Of a stretch of 64,000 bases of DNA, positions 28,069 through 38,032 are shown piece after piece. The position numbers and the translations under genes are program-made. The notes under the pieces are model-generated. The model searched no databases, was not told the DNA's origin, and saw only the letters and a program-made list of their open reading frames with translations. The stretch covers positions 17,890 to 81,889 of the IMG/VR virus record IMGVR_UViG_2773857985_000001, one strand, 5' to 3'. This stretch comes from a virus (taxonomy: Duplodnaviria > Caudoviricetes). Every line of letters starts with the position of its first letter. Within the stretch, counting starts at the first letter, position 1.

Positions 28069-30324
28069 TCACAGCAGGTGGCGGAGCCGATCACGCTTGA
28101 AGCCGCGCGGATTCTTCTCCTCGCCGATCGGACCCAGCGTGATCGGCGACCCAGCACCCGCCTGCTTCATCAGGGCCTTGAACGCGACGGCATCCATGTC
28201 GCCGTAGGCATCCGGGTCGTACTCCTGCAGCGCGGCAAGAAGCGGCTCGGTGATCATCCGGTCGACGTCCGCCTTCTCCATCACGTCGACCGCATCCTCG
28301 ACCGCAGCCCGTGCCGGCCCGTCCGTCAGCTCCGAGCCGGCGGGCGGCTCTGCGTCGCACAGGCGCAGCAGTTGCTCCCAGGTGAGAAGCTTGACGGGCG
28401 CCGGCTTCTTGATCTGGTCGTCCTTGTCGTACTCGGGCTCGCAGTACTCGGGGAGGTCGACGTTCTTCATCGCGTCGAGGCTGTCCTGGTCGGGCTCGAC
28501 CAGGCCGGCGTCGCACCTCTCCTGCGCCAGCTTGCGCAGCGTGGCGGAGGGCGTCTCGTGGACGGCGTACTCGATCGGCTCGTCCGGTCGGCCGGGCACG
28601 CCCTGGATGTAGACGTGGCCAGCGTCCTTAGGGTCGGTGTCGGTGGCGGGAGACAGCTTGTGTGGCATCCAGCCCTCGGCGACTGCCCCGTCTCCGAAGA
28701 CGGCGCGGGTGTCGCCGACCTTGCAGGGCCCGACCGCCTTGAAGGCGATCATCTGGGCGATGTTCTCGCCGAGGTACAGCTTGGTGCCGCCCTGCGAAGC
28801 GATGATCAGCGTGACGGCCTCCTTGCGGCCGACCAGCAGCAGATCGAAGGCCAGCTTCTTCGCCAGCTCGGATCCCTTGGGGAACTCGTCGAAGATGATC
28901 GTGAAGTGCGGGTGCTCCTTACTGACCTTCCACTTCTTGCCCATGCCGAGCTTCGCCCGCAGCCGGGCGCGACCCTTGGACAGCATCAGGAAGAACAGCA
29001 GGACTGCTTCGATCTGCTCGTGGCTGCGCCCGGTGACCCGGACGGCGTCGTGGAGGTCCTCCAGACCGTCGCCGTGGGGGTCGAGGTCGATGGTGATGTT
29101 GTCGTAGCAGGCGGTGGTGATCTCACCGATGGCCTGCAGCAGGCCGGTCTTGCCGCCGCCTGACGCCGCAACGACGAGCCCCATGACCCCAGCGAACGCG
29201 GCGTCGAGGGGTTCGCCGCCCACAGAGGATCCGAGACGGCTCTTGCCCGTGATGGAGATCGACTTGGGGGCGCGATGGGGCAGCCCGGGGGCGGTGGCGA
29301 ACGGGTCTCCCTCGACGAGGCGCAGGACCGCGCACGCCCGTCGCTCCAGGATGGGCTGGGGCCGGACACCGTTGGCTTTCAGGTCGAAGCGGGTCTCGAG
29401 GTCCCCGCTCTTCGCGATGATCGCTTCGGGGGTGCCTTCGCCGACGCGGACGACGCACTGCCAGCCCCACGGCTGCCGCTGCACATCGGCGACCTCGACG
29501 ATCGGCACGTTCTCGGCGCGGGCGGCGAGGAGGACGCATTCAGCGAGCTGCTGCGGCGTGGACACGTTCCTGAGCGGGAACGGCTTGGCGCCTTCGTCGA
29601 GCTGCTCGACGTTCATGACGACGTGCGATCCGACGCTCATCGCTCCCCCGGCCTGCGTCGGGTCCGCCAGGAACGTGGCGGGCAGGCTGACCGGGGCCTG
29701 ACCGAAAGGGGCCCCCACCTCCTTGGCCTCTTCGACGTGCGGGCGGGCCAGGAACCACCAGCCGAAGCCGCCGGCCGGGATCGACAGCAGCAGGAGGGCG
29801 GGTTCGGCGGCGATGCCGTGCAGGTAGCCGTAGCCTCCCGCGAGGACGGCGGCTACGCGGGTGGCCTTCTTCGTCCAGCGGGCACGGTCCAGTTCCCGGT
29901 TGGTGGGCGGCATGACGGCGACCGCGGGTCCTTCCGCAGCGCGGGTTTCGACGCGGGCCTGGAGCGCGGCGAGCTCGCCCTTGAGCCGCTCGATCTGGGG
30001 GCTGGTCTCCTCGCCCTGCCGGGCGGCGTCGATGCGGGCCTGTGCGAGGCGGCTGTTGACTCGGCCGACCTGGCGCAGGAGTTCGTCATCTTGGCGCTGC
30101 GCCTGGCGACGCTTGCTGTCGACGACCTGTTCGGCGAGCTTCTGGTCGTCGATGTCGGCGGTGGCGAACCAGCCGGCGAGGCGCTGCCGGACGTTCTGCT
30201 TCTGCTCACCGTAGGCGGCCTTGGCCTGCAGCTTCACGGTGTCAATCCGCCGCTTACGGGGGATGGTGGGCGGGTTGACGGGCATGGGCGGGATCTGCTC
30301 GAAGGGTTCGGTCTCGGTGGCCAC
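28069..30324 (-). CDS. traB: TraB-type FtsK/SpoIIIE conjugal dsDNA translocase
   Basis: Two N-proximal TM helices; Walker A ASGGGKT; Walker B IIFDEFP; GRKEAVTLIIASQ; C-terminal winged-helix-like domain ending NPRGF. Confidence 0.85.
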   Translation of the reverse strand: MATETEPFEQIPPMPVNPPTIPRKRRIDTVKLQAKAAYGEQKQNVRQRLAGWFATADIDDQKLAEQVVDSKRRQAQRQDDELLRQVGRVNSRLAQARIDAARQGEETSPQIERLKGELAALQARVETRAAEGPAVAVMPPTNRELDRARWTKKATRVAAVLAGGYGYLHGIAAEPALLLLSIPAGGFGWWFLARPHVEEAKEVGAPFGQAPVSLPATFLADPTQAGGAMSVGSHVVMNVEQLDEGAKPFPLRNVSTPQQLAECVLLAARAENVPIVEVADVQRQPWGWQCVVRVGEGTPEAIIAKSGDLETRFDLKANGVRPQPILERRACAVLRLVEGDPFATAPGLPHRAPKSISITGKSRLGSSVGGEPLDAAFAGVMGLVVAASGGGKTGLLQAIGEITTACYDNITIDLDPHGDGLEDLHDAVRVTGRSHEQIEAVLLFFLMLSKGRARLRAKLGMGKKWKVSKEHPHFTIIFDEFPKGSELAKKLAFDLLLVGRKEAVTLIIASQGGTKLYLGENIAQMIAFKAVGPCKVGDTRAVFGDGAVAEGWMPHKLSPATDTDPKDAGHVYIQGVPGRPDEPIEYAVHETPSATLRKLAQERCDAGLVEPDQDSLDAMKNVDLPEYCEPEYDKDDQIKKPAPVKLLTWEQLLRLCDAEPPAGSELTDGPARAAVEDAVDVMEKADVDRMITEPLLAALQEYDPDAYGDMDAVAFKALMKQAGAGSPITLGPIGEEKNPRGFKRDRLRHLL

Positions 30325-30383
30325 AAGCTGTCCTTTCCTGGGTCGGGGGCGGGGCCCCGGGTTGGGGCCCCGCCGGGGTGTGG

Positions 30384-30977
30384 TCAGCCGAGGTTGCCGA
30401 GCATGGTGCCCAGCGATCCGACGAGCGAGTTCGTGAGCTGGCTGCCCATGGCGCCGACGACGGTCCCGGACAGGGCGATCCCGAGCAGGCCACCGAGGAC
30501 CGCGTCGCCAGCCTTGAGGCCACTGTGCTTGACCTTGACGAACACGATGATCGCCAGGATGAGGATGGTGACGACGCCGACTCCGATGGCGCCTCCGCCG
30601 GCCTGGGTCTGGTACTGCTGCTGGGTTCCGGCGGGCATCTGCTGCTGCGGGTTGACGAGCTGACTGCCGCTGCCGCTGTCGGGGGTGAGGCCGTTGGTGA
30701 TGCCGTCGCCGCTGCCGGGCTCGGTGTCCGCCTTGAACCCGGCGACGGTGGCGACGTGCGTGTCGGTGGCGTGGTGGCCGTAGCCGCCCATGCCGGTGAT
30801 CCGCATCGTCCGCCCATCGGGCAGGGTGACGGGGGCGGTCACCGCCCGCTCGACCACGTGCTCGGAGACAGCGGCGGAAGCCGGGGCGGGGGCGGCCATC
30901 GTGATGGTGGCGGCGCCGCCGAGGACGGCGACCGCGGCACTGCCCGACACGGCGACACGACGAAGGGTGCTGGTCAT
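30384..30977 (-). CDS. Secreted/membrane protein (signal peptide plus C-terminal TM pair), transfer-associated
   Basis: APAPASA signal peptide; C-terminus ILILAIIVFVKVKHSGLKAGDAVLGGLLG. Confidence 0.7.
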   Translation of the reverse strand: MTSTLRRVAVSGSAAVAVLGGAATITMAAPAPASAAVSEHVVERAVTAPVTLPDGRTMRITGMGGYGHHATDTHVATVAGFKADTEPGSGDGITNGLTPDSGSGSQLVNPQQQMPAGTQQQYQTQAGGGAIGVGVVTILILAIIVFVKVKHSGLKAGDAVLGGLLGIALSGTVVGAMGSQLTNSLVGSLGTMLGNLG

Positions 30978-31000
30978 TTCGATCTTCTCCAGGAGGTGGG

Positions 31001-32377
31001 TTAGTTGGCGTTCGGGCGAGTGCTCTTGACTGAGTTCTGAGCTGTGATGGCGGCCTGCTTCCGGGCGGCTCCGACGTACCTCGGGGTGTCGCCAGGACGG
31101 CGTGTCGCGCGCGTCTTCAGGACCCGATTCGGACCGGGGGGCATTTGAGCAGCACGCTGCGCGTTTGTGGTCTTGCTGAGGGTGCTCACGGGGGTGCCAG
31201 TGAGGGCTGACTGGACGCGCTTCTCGGCCTTGCTGCGGGCGGTGATGGACTCGATGGACTCGCCCGGCTCGCAGCCCTGAATGTTCCGGTAGGCGCGCGC
31301 CCAGACCTTCTCGGTCACGGTCACTTCGCCGACCGCGGCAGCGATCTTCTCGGCCTCGTCCCACACCTCGGGAAACTCCTCCGCGCGGGCACCGGCAAGG
31401 ATCTCGGCCGCCTCCGCCGCAGCCTCTTCGGCGGCCTTCTTCTCGGCGGCCCGCCGCTTCTCCTCCGCGGCCTTCTCGGCGGCGATCCGCTTGGCCTCCT
31501 TCTCGGCCGCCTTCCGCTCTCCGCGGGTGGGCACGCCGTCGCGCTTGCGGATGCGGCCGTGCTCGTGGAGGTCCCACATGCCGGGGCCGGCGACGGATGC
31601 GAGGGCGGTGCCGAACGCGGTGGCTGCGTCGAACGCGCCGAGGCCGTGGACGGCGTTGATGGTGGCGGCGGTGAGGGCGCCGGCCCAGGCGACGAGCCGG
31701 TAGTGCCACTGCGGGCGGCCGTCGGTGACGGCGGCTGCGGCGCCGACGAGAGCGACGAGGGCGATGACCTCGATGAAGATCGGGGCGACGAGGAGGTACT
31801 TGGCGTTCGGGTCCCAGAACGCGGCCATCTGCACGGGCAGGGCGACGGTGGCGCACAGGGCGTAGAAGCCGAGGGCGACGCGGCGCCACCGCTTGCTGGA
31901 CTTGGCGACGACCGCCGCCTTGTCGGTCTCTGTCTGCTGCTGCTCGGCGTCCTCGCGGGCGGCGCGCTCGCGGGCCCGGTCGGCGTCGTCGCGGCGCCGC
32001 TGGTGTTCGGCGATCCGCGCCTCCGAGGCGGCCTGCTCCTCGGCGGCTTTGCGTTCGGCACGGTCGTTGGCGAGGCGGGCCTTGCGGGCGTCCTCCTCCG
32101 CCTTGGCGCGGATGGCTTCGGCTTCGGCCTCGGCCTTGATCCGCCGCTCTTCCTTGGCGGCTTCGGCGGCGACGCGCCGTTCCTCAGCCTCGGCCCACGC
32201 CCTGGCGCGCGCTACCTCAACGTCGGCGGCTGTGGGCTCGGGGTTGGCCGGCTCGGGTTCGGGGTTGCGCTGCTCCTCGGCGGGCTCCGGCTCTGTGGCG
32301 ACGGGCTGCCAGTCCCCCAGTACTTGCAGGGCCGGCGGCCGGGCGTGGCCGTTCACCTTCGGCGGGCTGGCAGTCAT
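31001..32377 (-). CDS. SpdB2/DUF2637-like spread protein
   Basis: N-terminal Ala/Glu/Arg coiled coil, four TM helices, second coiled coil and basic C-terminus; two genes upstream of traB. Confidence 0.7.
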   Translation of the reverse strand: MTASPPKVNGHARPPALQVLGDWQPVATEPEPAEEQRNPEPEPANPEPTAADVEVARARAWAEAEERRVAAEAAKEERRIKAEAEAEAIRAKAEEDARKARLANDRAERKAAEEQAASEARIAEHQRRRDDADRARERAAREDAEQQQTETDKAAVVAKSSKRWRRVALGFYALCATVALPVQMAAFWDPNAKYLLVAPIFIEVIALVALVGAAAAVTDGRPQWHYRLVAWAGALTAATINAVHGLGAFDAATAFGTALASVAGPGMWDLHEHGRIRKRDGVPTRGERKAAEKEAKRIAAEKAAEEKRRAAEKKAAEEAAAEAAEILAGARAEEFPEVWDEAEKIAAAVGEVTVTEKVWARAYRNIQGCEPGESIESITARSKAEKRVQSALTGTPVSTLSKTTNAQRAAQMPPGPNRVLKTRATRRPGDTPRYVGAARKQAAITAQNSVKSTRPNAN

Positions 32378-32397
32378 GACGGTCGAAGTCCTTTCGA

Positions 32398-32604
32398 TCA
32401 GCGGGGGTTGCGGCGGCGGGTGGAGCGGTAGCCGAACGGGCCGGGCAGGTCATAGCTGGTGGTGGTCTGGCCGGTGTTGGACCAGGTGCGCTTGGGCCCG
32501 CCCCGGGGTCCGACGGTGATCGACCAGGACCGGCGGTTCAGGTTGATGCGAACCCCGGGCAGGATCCGGAAGCTCTTACGGAACGTGACCGGCACAGCGA
32601 TCAC
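32398..32604 (-). CDS. DUF4236-like protein
   Basis: FRKSFRILPGVRINLN..S.SITVG. Confidence 0.75.
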   Translation of the reverse strand: MIAVPVTFRKSFRILPGVRINLNRRSWSITVGPRGGPKRTWSNTGQTTTSYDLPGPFGYRSTRRRNPR

Positions 32605-34691
32605 GCCTCCCGCTTGACGGGCGCGCAGTCCGGGCAGTTCGGGTCGTCGCAGAGGGTGATACGTCCGCAGCCGATGGCCTCGGACACCCGGTTGGCGGCC
32701 CGGCTGCCGCGCTCCCCGGCCACGGTGAGGCCGATCTGCTGCAGCCGACGCGCGATCCCCTCGCGCGGGTCCATCTGGTTGGTCTTCTTGGTCTTCTTGG
32801 GCATGTGATGCCTCTCGGATCGGTGATCGGATGCTGGTGCGTGCCCTGGGCCCGATTCGCTCGGGCACCGTCGCGGCTTGGCCGGGGCTGGGGTGCCGGG
32901 GCGCGGTGAGGGTTTCCGCGCCCCGGCGGTCTAGGACTGCTTTCGGCATCCGCAACGGCACGGCAAGCAGCAGCAGGTGGCTGGAGGCTTCTCGGCTTCC
33001 GTCTCGGCCAGCGCCCTCCGGGCGATCCCGGTCGCCACGAACAGGGCGCCGACGATGGCGATCGCTACCGGCAGGGCACCCATCAGGTGGCCCCGGCGAT
33101 GAGGTGGCTCGCCTGCCGAGCGGATTCCACGAACTGGATGCTCATCCACCGCTGGTCGACTCCGGGCCCGGTGAGGTACCAACCGTCGATACCGTCGATG
33201 ACGGTGTAGTCGAGGCACCAGCCGGTGCCGGTCTCCCAGCGGGTCCCGGCGGAGGTGGTCGACCAGGTGATGCCGTTGATGGTCTGCCAGGCTTCGGTCA
33301 TCGCACTTCCTTCCGGGTCAGGCGGCGGCGGGCTCGTTGAATCCGTCGAGTTCGGCGAGCAGGTCGGGGTCGGCGGCGAGCCGGATCGTCGCCACCCGCG
33401 CCCGGTCACCGCGCGCCACGGCGGCGGCGTAGTCGGCGAACAGGTCCGAGATCGACATGACGTGCAGGTCGGCCACGAGGGTGACGGCGCGGAGCCGGCT
33501 GCCGGTCGCGGTGTGGGCGTCGTCGGCAGAAGACAGGTACGGAGACATAGCGGTGGCCCTCTCAGGGTCGGTAGTGCGGGGGTGGGGTGGGTTACAGCTG
33601 GTCGGGCTGCAGGTCGAAGAAGAGGACCGCGGCGGCCCCGTAGTGCTGGGCCTGCTGCCCGTACAGGCGCCGGAACACCTCGTGACGGGAGGCCCCGGCG
33701 GGCAGAGTGATGACGCCGGTGTCGCCGACGGTGCCGCGGTCGGTCTGCAGGGTCAGGACCCAATGCCAGTCGGTGGTCTGGTCGGAAGCGGACATGCCTG
33801 AACTCCTCGGCGTGCAGTGGGGTGGGATTGGGGGCCGCGAGGGCGGGACGGGGGTGAACACCGCCCCCGCGGCGGAACCGGGTTGCTACTTGGGCCGGTT
33901 GGAGGACTGCCGGTTGGCTTCCTTCACCTTCTGGCGCATCGCTTCACGCTCGGCATCCGTCACGGGGTCACCCCCTGCGGGTGCGGGCGCGGCGGGTGGA
34001 TCGGCAGCGGCTCCTTCGCCCTCTCGTGCTCGTCGCTCACGACTCGGCCCTCACGACGAGCAGCCGGTCGGACGACAGATCCATGACCACCGTCGCCGGG
34101 GTACCGGAGGCGGTCAGCTCGGCGGCCTTCTCCTCCGCCGGCCACGACCCACGCGGGTTTCCCGCCGGGAAGTCCGCCAGGATCTCGCGGGCGCTCACGA
34201 CGCCTCCACCAGGTGCAGCATTCCCGTGGCAGTCAAGGCGCGGACCGTGTCGGCCATCGTGTCCTGCACCAGGGCCAGACTCTCAAACTCGGCGCCCGTC
34301 ATCGGGCGGTCCAGCGTGGTCAGCTCCCGGTAGCGGGCGGCGGCCACCTCGTAGCGGGTGACGGCGCGCTGCACATCCCGGGTGATCACGGAGGCCATCA
34401 CGCACCGCCGATCAGCTTGAGCTGGCCGGCCTTGGCGAGAACCGACCGCGCGGCGGCCATGACGTCCTCGGCGTCGGCCAGTGACCGGGCCTGCAGGTCG
34501 GTCATCCGACCGGACGCGGCGACACCCGCCAGCTGCGCGGCATGCTCGGCGGCCGTCTCGTACTCGGCGACCGCCTGAACCAGCGGGAAGTGCGGCAGGG
34601 CCTTGGCCAGCGCGGCGGCGGCCTTCGGCGACAGCGGGGCGGTACCCATGTTCTCGGCGCGCTCGGGCGCCGGTACGATCTGCGTAGCCAC
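32601..34691 (-). other. Proximal part of transfer-associated operon: small ORFs 32601-32804, 32931-33083 (TM), 33083-33301, 33318-33548, 33592-33795, 34195-34401, 34398-34691
   Basis: Short co-oriented ORFs with RBSs or overlaps. Confidence 0.55.
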
Positions 34692-34826
34692 AGGGTCTCC
34701 TTCACAGAACCTGGTGGTTAGGGCCGGTGCGTGCGCGATGTAGGAGTCGCAAGCGCCCGGCCCGTCTTGTGTTGTGTGCCGTCCGCGGACTGGGTCCGGT
34801 AGGAGTGGACGACAAGCACCAGCCTG

Positions 34827-34844
34827 CTCAAGCCGCGACTTGAG
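34827..34844. promoter_or_regulatory. Palindromic operator in divergent promoter region
   Basis: CTCAAG-N6-CTTGAG; further half sites near 34883 and 34916. Confidence 0.5.
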
Positions 34845-34951
34845 GGCCGATGTGAAAGACCGTAGAGGGCCCGCCGGGGCGAGTCAAGCACCCAACGAAA
34901 GTTCTCCATACGAGCCTTGAGGACCCGTCGGATCACCCGTACCCTCACGTC

Positions 34952-35206
34952 ATGGCCGACTCCCCCGACACCCCATTCGCCCCCTACGACGAGCAACTGC
35001 GCGCGATCACAGACCTCCCCGAACGGTGGAAGGCCTACGTCGACCGGGCGAAGTACCTGGAGCGGGAACTGGAGTCGTTCCGCAAACGCCAACGCCAGGA
35101 GATCGCCACCGGACTCAAGGCGCAGGGCAAGACGTGGAAGGAAGTCGGAGAAATCATGGGGGGCGTCACGTACCAACGCGCCCACCAATTCGGCAGAAGC
35201 GAATGA
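34952..35206 (+). CDS. Small HTH regulator divergent from the transfer operon
   Basis: KTWKEVGEIMGGVTYQRAHQF; TACCCT -10 six nt upstream. Confidence 0.8.
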   Translation: MADSPDTPFAPYDEQLRAITDLPERWKAYVDRAKYLERELESFRKRQRQEIATGLKAQGKTWKEVGEIMGGVTYQRAHQFGRSE

Positions 35207-35252
35207 CCGGATCTTCATGAAGCCAAGTCTCCGCGCGCGGACACACCCACAC

Positions 35253-35312
35253 CATGAAGATCCCATGCAGCACCATGCAGTGACCTGAAGCGGAACATGC
35301 AGCCACATGCAG
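35253..35312. repeat. Helically phased heptamer repeats
   Basis: CATGAAG 35253, CATGCAG 35264/35274/35296/35306, CCTGAAG 35284. Confidence 0.7.
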
Positions 35313-35355
35313 AACCGCCACACGAGGGCCCACAAACGCGGCCAAGGAGCCGATA

Positions 35356-35994
35356 GTGGCAGACGTCCACCAGTGGACCGGGGAGAAAGCCGCCCGGCTC
35401 CAAGACGCATTCGAAATGACCCAGGAAGAGTTCGCCGGAAAGCTCGGCGTCTCGGTACGCAGCGTCGCCTCATGGCGCGCCAACCCGAGCATGGTGCCGC
35501 AGCCGGAAACGCAACGCATCCTGGACACGACCTTGGGATTGGCAGGTGATGCGGTGCGCCGGCGGTTCATTCACCTGGCGCGGGCAGCGGCTCCCCAGCC
35601 GGCAGCGCAGGCGTTGCGGGTGGCGATCGCCGTCGTCCGCCGCGGCGGCAACGTGCTGCTCGTGTGCAGGCAGGACGGCGACGACATCACCTGGCAATTC
35701 CCGGCCGGAATCGTCAAGCCCGGCGGGAACGCGCCGAAAGTGGCGGTGCGGGAAACGCTGGACGAGACCGGCGTCCACTGCATGGTCCGCGAACACCTGG
35801 GCGAACGCCTGCATCCGGTGACGCGCGCATTCTGCGACTACTTCATTTGCGACTACGTGCACGGTGAGGCAGTCAATGGGGATGCCTCCGAGAACGTTGC
35901 CGTGGCTTGGGCTCCGATAGCGGGGCTCTCTCGTTTCATCCCCACCGACCGGATCTATCCGCCGATCTTGACCGCCTTGGAGGCGACCGTATGA
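35356..35994 (+). CDS. XRE-HTH/Nudix fusion protein
   Basis: MTQEEFAGKLGVSVRSVASW plus WQFPAGIVKPGGNAPKVAVRETLDETG. Confidence 0.9.
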   Translation: MADVHQWTGEKAARLQDAFEMTQEEFAGKLGVSVRSVASWRANPSMVPQPETQRILDTTLGLAGDAVRRRFIHLARAAAPQPAAQALRVAIAVVRRGGNVLLVCRQDGDDITWQFPAGIVKPGGNAPKVAVRETLDETGVHCMVREHLGERLHPVTRAFCDYFICDYVHGEAVNGDASENVAVAWAPIAGLSRFIPTDRIYPPILTALEATV

Positions 35995-36401
35995 CCGAGA
36001 CCATCACCGACAAGCCGGGCATTTCTGCCGCGATCATCGTCCGGGACGGCCGGGTGCTGATGGTGCGCCGCGCCGTGAAGGAGGGCGAGCTGATGTGGCA
36101 GTTCCCCGCGGGTGGCATCGAGGCCGGCGAGTCGCCGGAGGAGGCGGCGGTGCGGGAGACGCTGGAGGAGACGGCGCTCACGGTGAAGGCGGTGCGGCTG
36201 CTGGGGCAGCGGGTGCATCCGAAGACGGGCCGGGAGATGTCGTACACGGCGTGCGATGTCGTGGATGGCGAGGCTCGGGTGGCGGACGACGAGGAGCTGG
36301 ACGCGGTCGCCTGGGTCACCCATGGCGAGATCGCCGACTACGTGCCCTACGGCCTGTTCGAGCCCGTCCAGGAGTACCTGGATGACGTCCTGCCGCACTG
36401 A
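35991..36401 (+). CDS. Nudix hydrolase (pSAM2 Pif-like context)
   Basis: WQFPAGGIEAGESPEEAAVRETLEETAL Nudix box; ATGA overlap. Confidence 0.92.
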   Translation: MTETITDKPGISAAIIVRDGRVLMVRRAVKEGELMWQFPAGGIEAGESPEEAAVRETLEETALTVKAVRLLGQRVHPKTGREMSYTACDVVDGEARVADDEELDAVAWVTHGEIADYVPYGLFEPVQEYLDDVLPH

Positions 36402-36585
36402 GCTGCCACGATCACAAGTTGCACGGCGCTAAGTGAGGGTTCCGCTTGAACTGATCACTCACGGCAGGGGAGTCTTTCCCCCGGGGACGCGAAAGGCCGG
36501 GCGGTCATCACCCGCCCGGCCATTTCGACCAGCGAGTTCACGGCTCGCTGACCACCAACCCACCCACCTCAGGAAGGCAAGTTGC

Positions 36586-36882
36586 ATGGCGACAGTAACG
36601 CCTCCATCTAATTCATTCAACGCGGAACTCATCCGCACCCGACTCCTGCATGATCCACTCTCTGACCTGTTCGCCGAGTATGGCGTGGAGGTGGTGGAGT
36701 TGGAGGCGGACTCGGGGTTCACGGGCGGCTCCTTCGTCCGCGGGGATGATTCCGTGCTGTTCGTGCGTCCGGCGGGCAGGCCGGTCGTCGAGTGGGAGAT
36801 CACGGCGCGCGCCTTGTTGGGCCGGGTGTTGCGGGTGCCGTTGCCGCCGATGCCGGAGCCGTTCGAAGTGACTGAGGTGTAG
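36586..36882 (+). CDS. Hypothetical protein
   Basis: AGGAAGG RBS; 98 aa. Confidence 0.65.
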   Translation: MATVTPPSNSFNAELIRTRLLHDPLSDLFAEYGVEVVELEADSGFTGGSFVRGDDSVLFVRPAGRPVVEWEITARALLGRVLRVPLPPMPEPFEVTEV

Positions 36883-37095
36883 GCGGCGCGGCGCGTCGTG
36901 GGCCCCGGTTGGCGTAGTGCGGCCGGGGTTCACTCGTGTGCCTGGATTGACGCTGTCACCTGCGGGTCTGGTGGTGGTCTTGCGGGTATGGACTGGGTGG
37001 GCTTCACTCGGTCGGATGTTGTTTGTGCGGGGCGCGCGGACGGCTGTCGGTGGGTGCTGCTTGACTGGCGGTCAGCTACGAGTTGGGGGTTCGCA

Positions 37096-37320
37096 ATGAC
37101 GACGGTGATCCATAAGACGCCGCAGGAGTTACGCGAGCAGAGGAGCAGCCTGCTGGCCGAGGTCCGCATGTCCTACGAGCAGTTGCGGGACCGGGCTGAG
37201 ATGTACAGCTTGTCGATGGATGAGCTGGACGTGTGGCACACCATCGAGGGCATCGACTACCTTCTCGACGGTGACCGAGGAGACGTCGAGGCTCGACAAG
37301 TTAGCGGCCGAGTTCGCTGA
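37096..37320 (+). CDS. Small acidic protein, putative antitoxin
   Basis: 74 aa, helical, overlaps the next gene. Confidence 0.55.
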   Translation: MTTVIHKTPQELREQRSSLLAEVRMSYEQLRDRAEMYSLSMDELDVWHTIEGIDYLLDGDRGDVEARQVSGRVR

Positions 37321-38017
37321 TGATCTGACTGGCTTGGTGCGGGGTGTTCTCGGCGAGGACACCCCGCCTTTTACTGCCCTCAACATGGGGACGCGTGTTC
37401 GGGTGTCGCCGATAACGGATGACGAGACGGAACTCCGGATTCCCGTCTCGATCAACGGCGAGCCGGTGCTGAGCCTCCGGGCCCGCTACTTCTGCTGCTG
37501 GGACGGCAGCAGCACCTTCCTGGCGACCGACCAGGCAGACATTCACCTCCACTACGCGGACATCCCGGATCCGCTGATCCGCTTCGAGTACGTGCGGACG
37601 AGCAAGGAGCCTCCGGGCGCGCACATTCAGGTGCACGCGCACCGGGACGAGGTGGCGTTCCTGTTGCGTCTGGCGGATTCGGGCCGTCCGAAGCAGGGCT
37701 TCAAGCGGCGGAAGCTGCCGCGGCTGTCGGCGATACACCTGCCGGTGGGCGGGCATCGGATGCGGCCGGCGCTGGAGGATGTGCTGCTGTTCTTGAAGCG
37801 GGAGTTCGCGATCGATACGGAGCCGGGGTGGCGGTCGGTGATCGAGGGTCGGCTGCGGACGTGGCGTCAGATCCAGTTGATGACTGCGGTGCGCGATGCG
37901 CCGGAGGTTGCGGCGCGGGCGTTGGAGGCGATGGGGTACAAGATCGGGCGGCCTCTTCCGACGCAGCGGGGTCCGCTGGATGACGCGCCGGGCGACGCGA
38001 AGCTGTACTGGCCGTAA
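37271..38017 (+). CDS. Hypothetical protein, putative toxin/defence effector
   Basis: IRFEY...AHIQVHAH...HLPVGGHRMRPALEDVL His-rich core. Confidence 0.6.
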   Translation: MTEETSRLDKLAAEFADDLTGLVRGVLGEDTPPFTALNMGTRVRVSPITDDETELRIPVSINGEPVLSLRARYFCCWDGSSTFLATDQADIHLHYADIPDPLIRFEYVRTSKEPPGAHIQVHAHRDEVAFLLRLADSGRPKQGFKRRKLPRLSAIHLPVGGHRMRPALEDVLLFLKREFAIDTEPGWRSVIEGRLRTWRQIQLMTAVRDAPEVAARALEAMGYKIGRPLPTQRGPLDDAPGDAKLYWP

Positions 38018-38032
38018 CCGTTGGCCAGTTGG

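Noticed and set aside
24941-36401. Independent AICE or plasmid inserted in the prophage
   Set aside because: No replication initiator, integrase, excisionase or flanking att repeat seen by eye; not fully excluded without comparative data.
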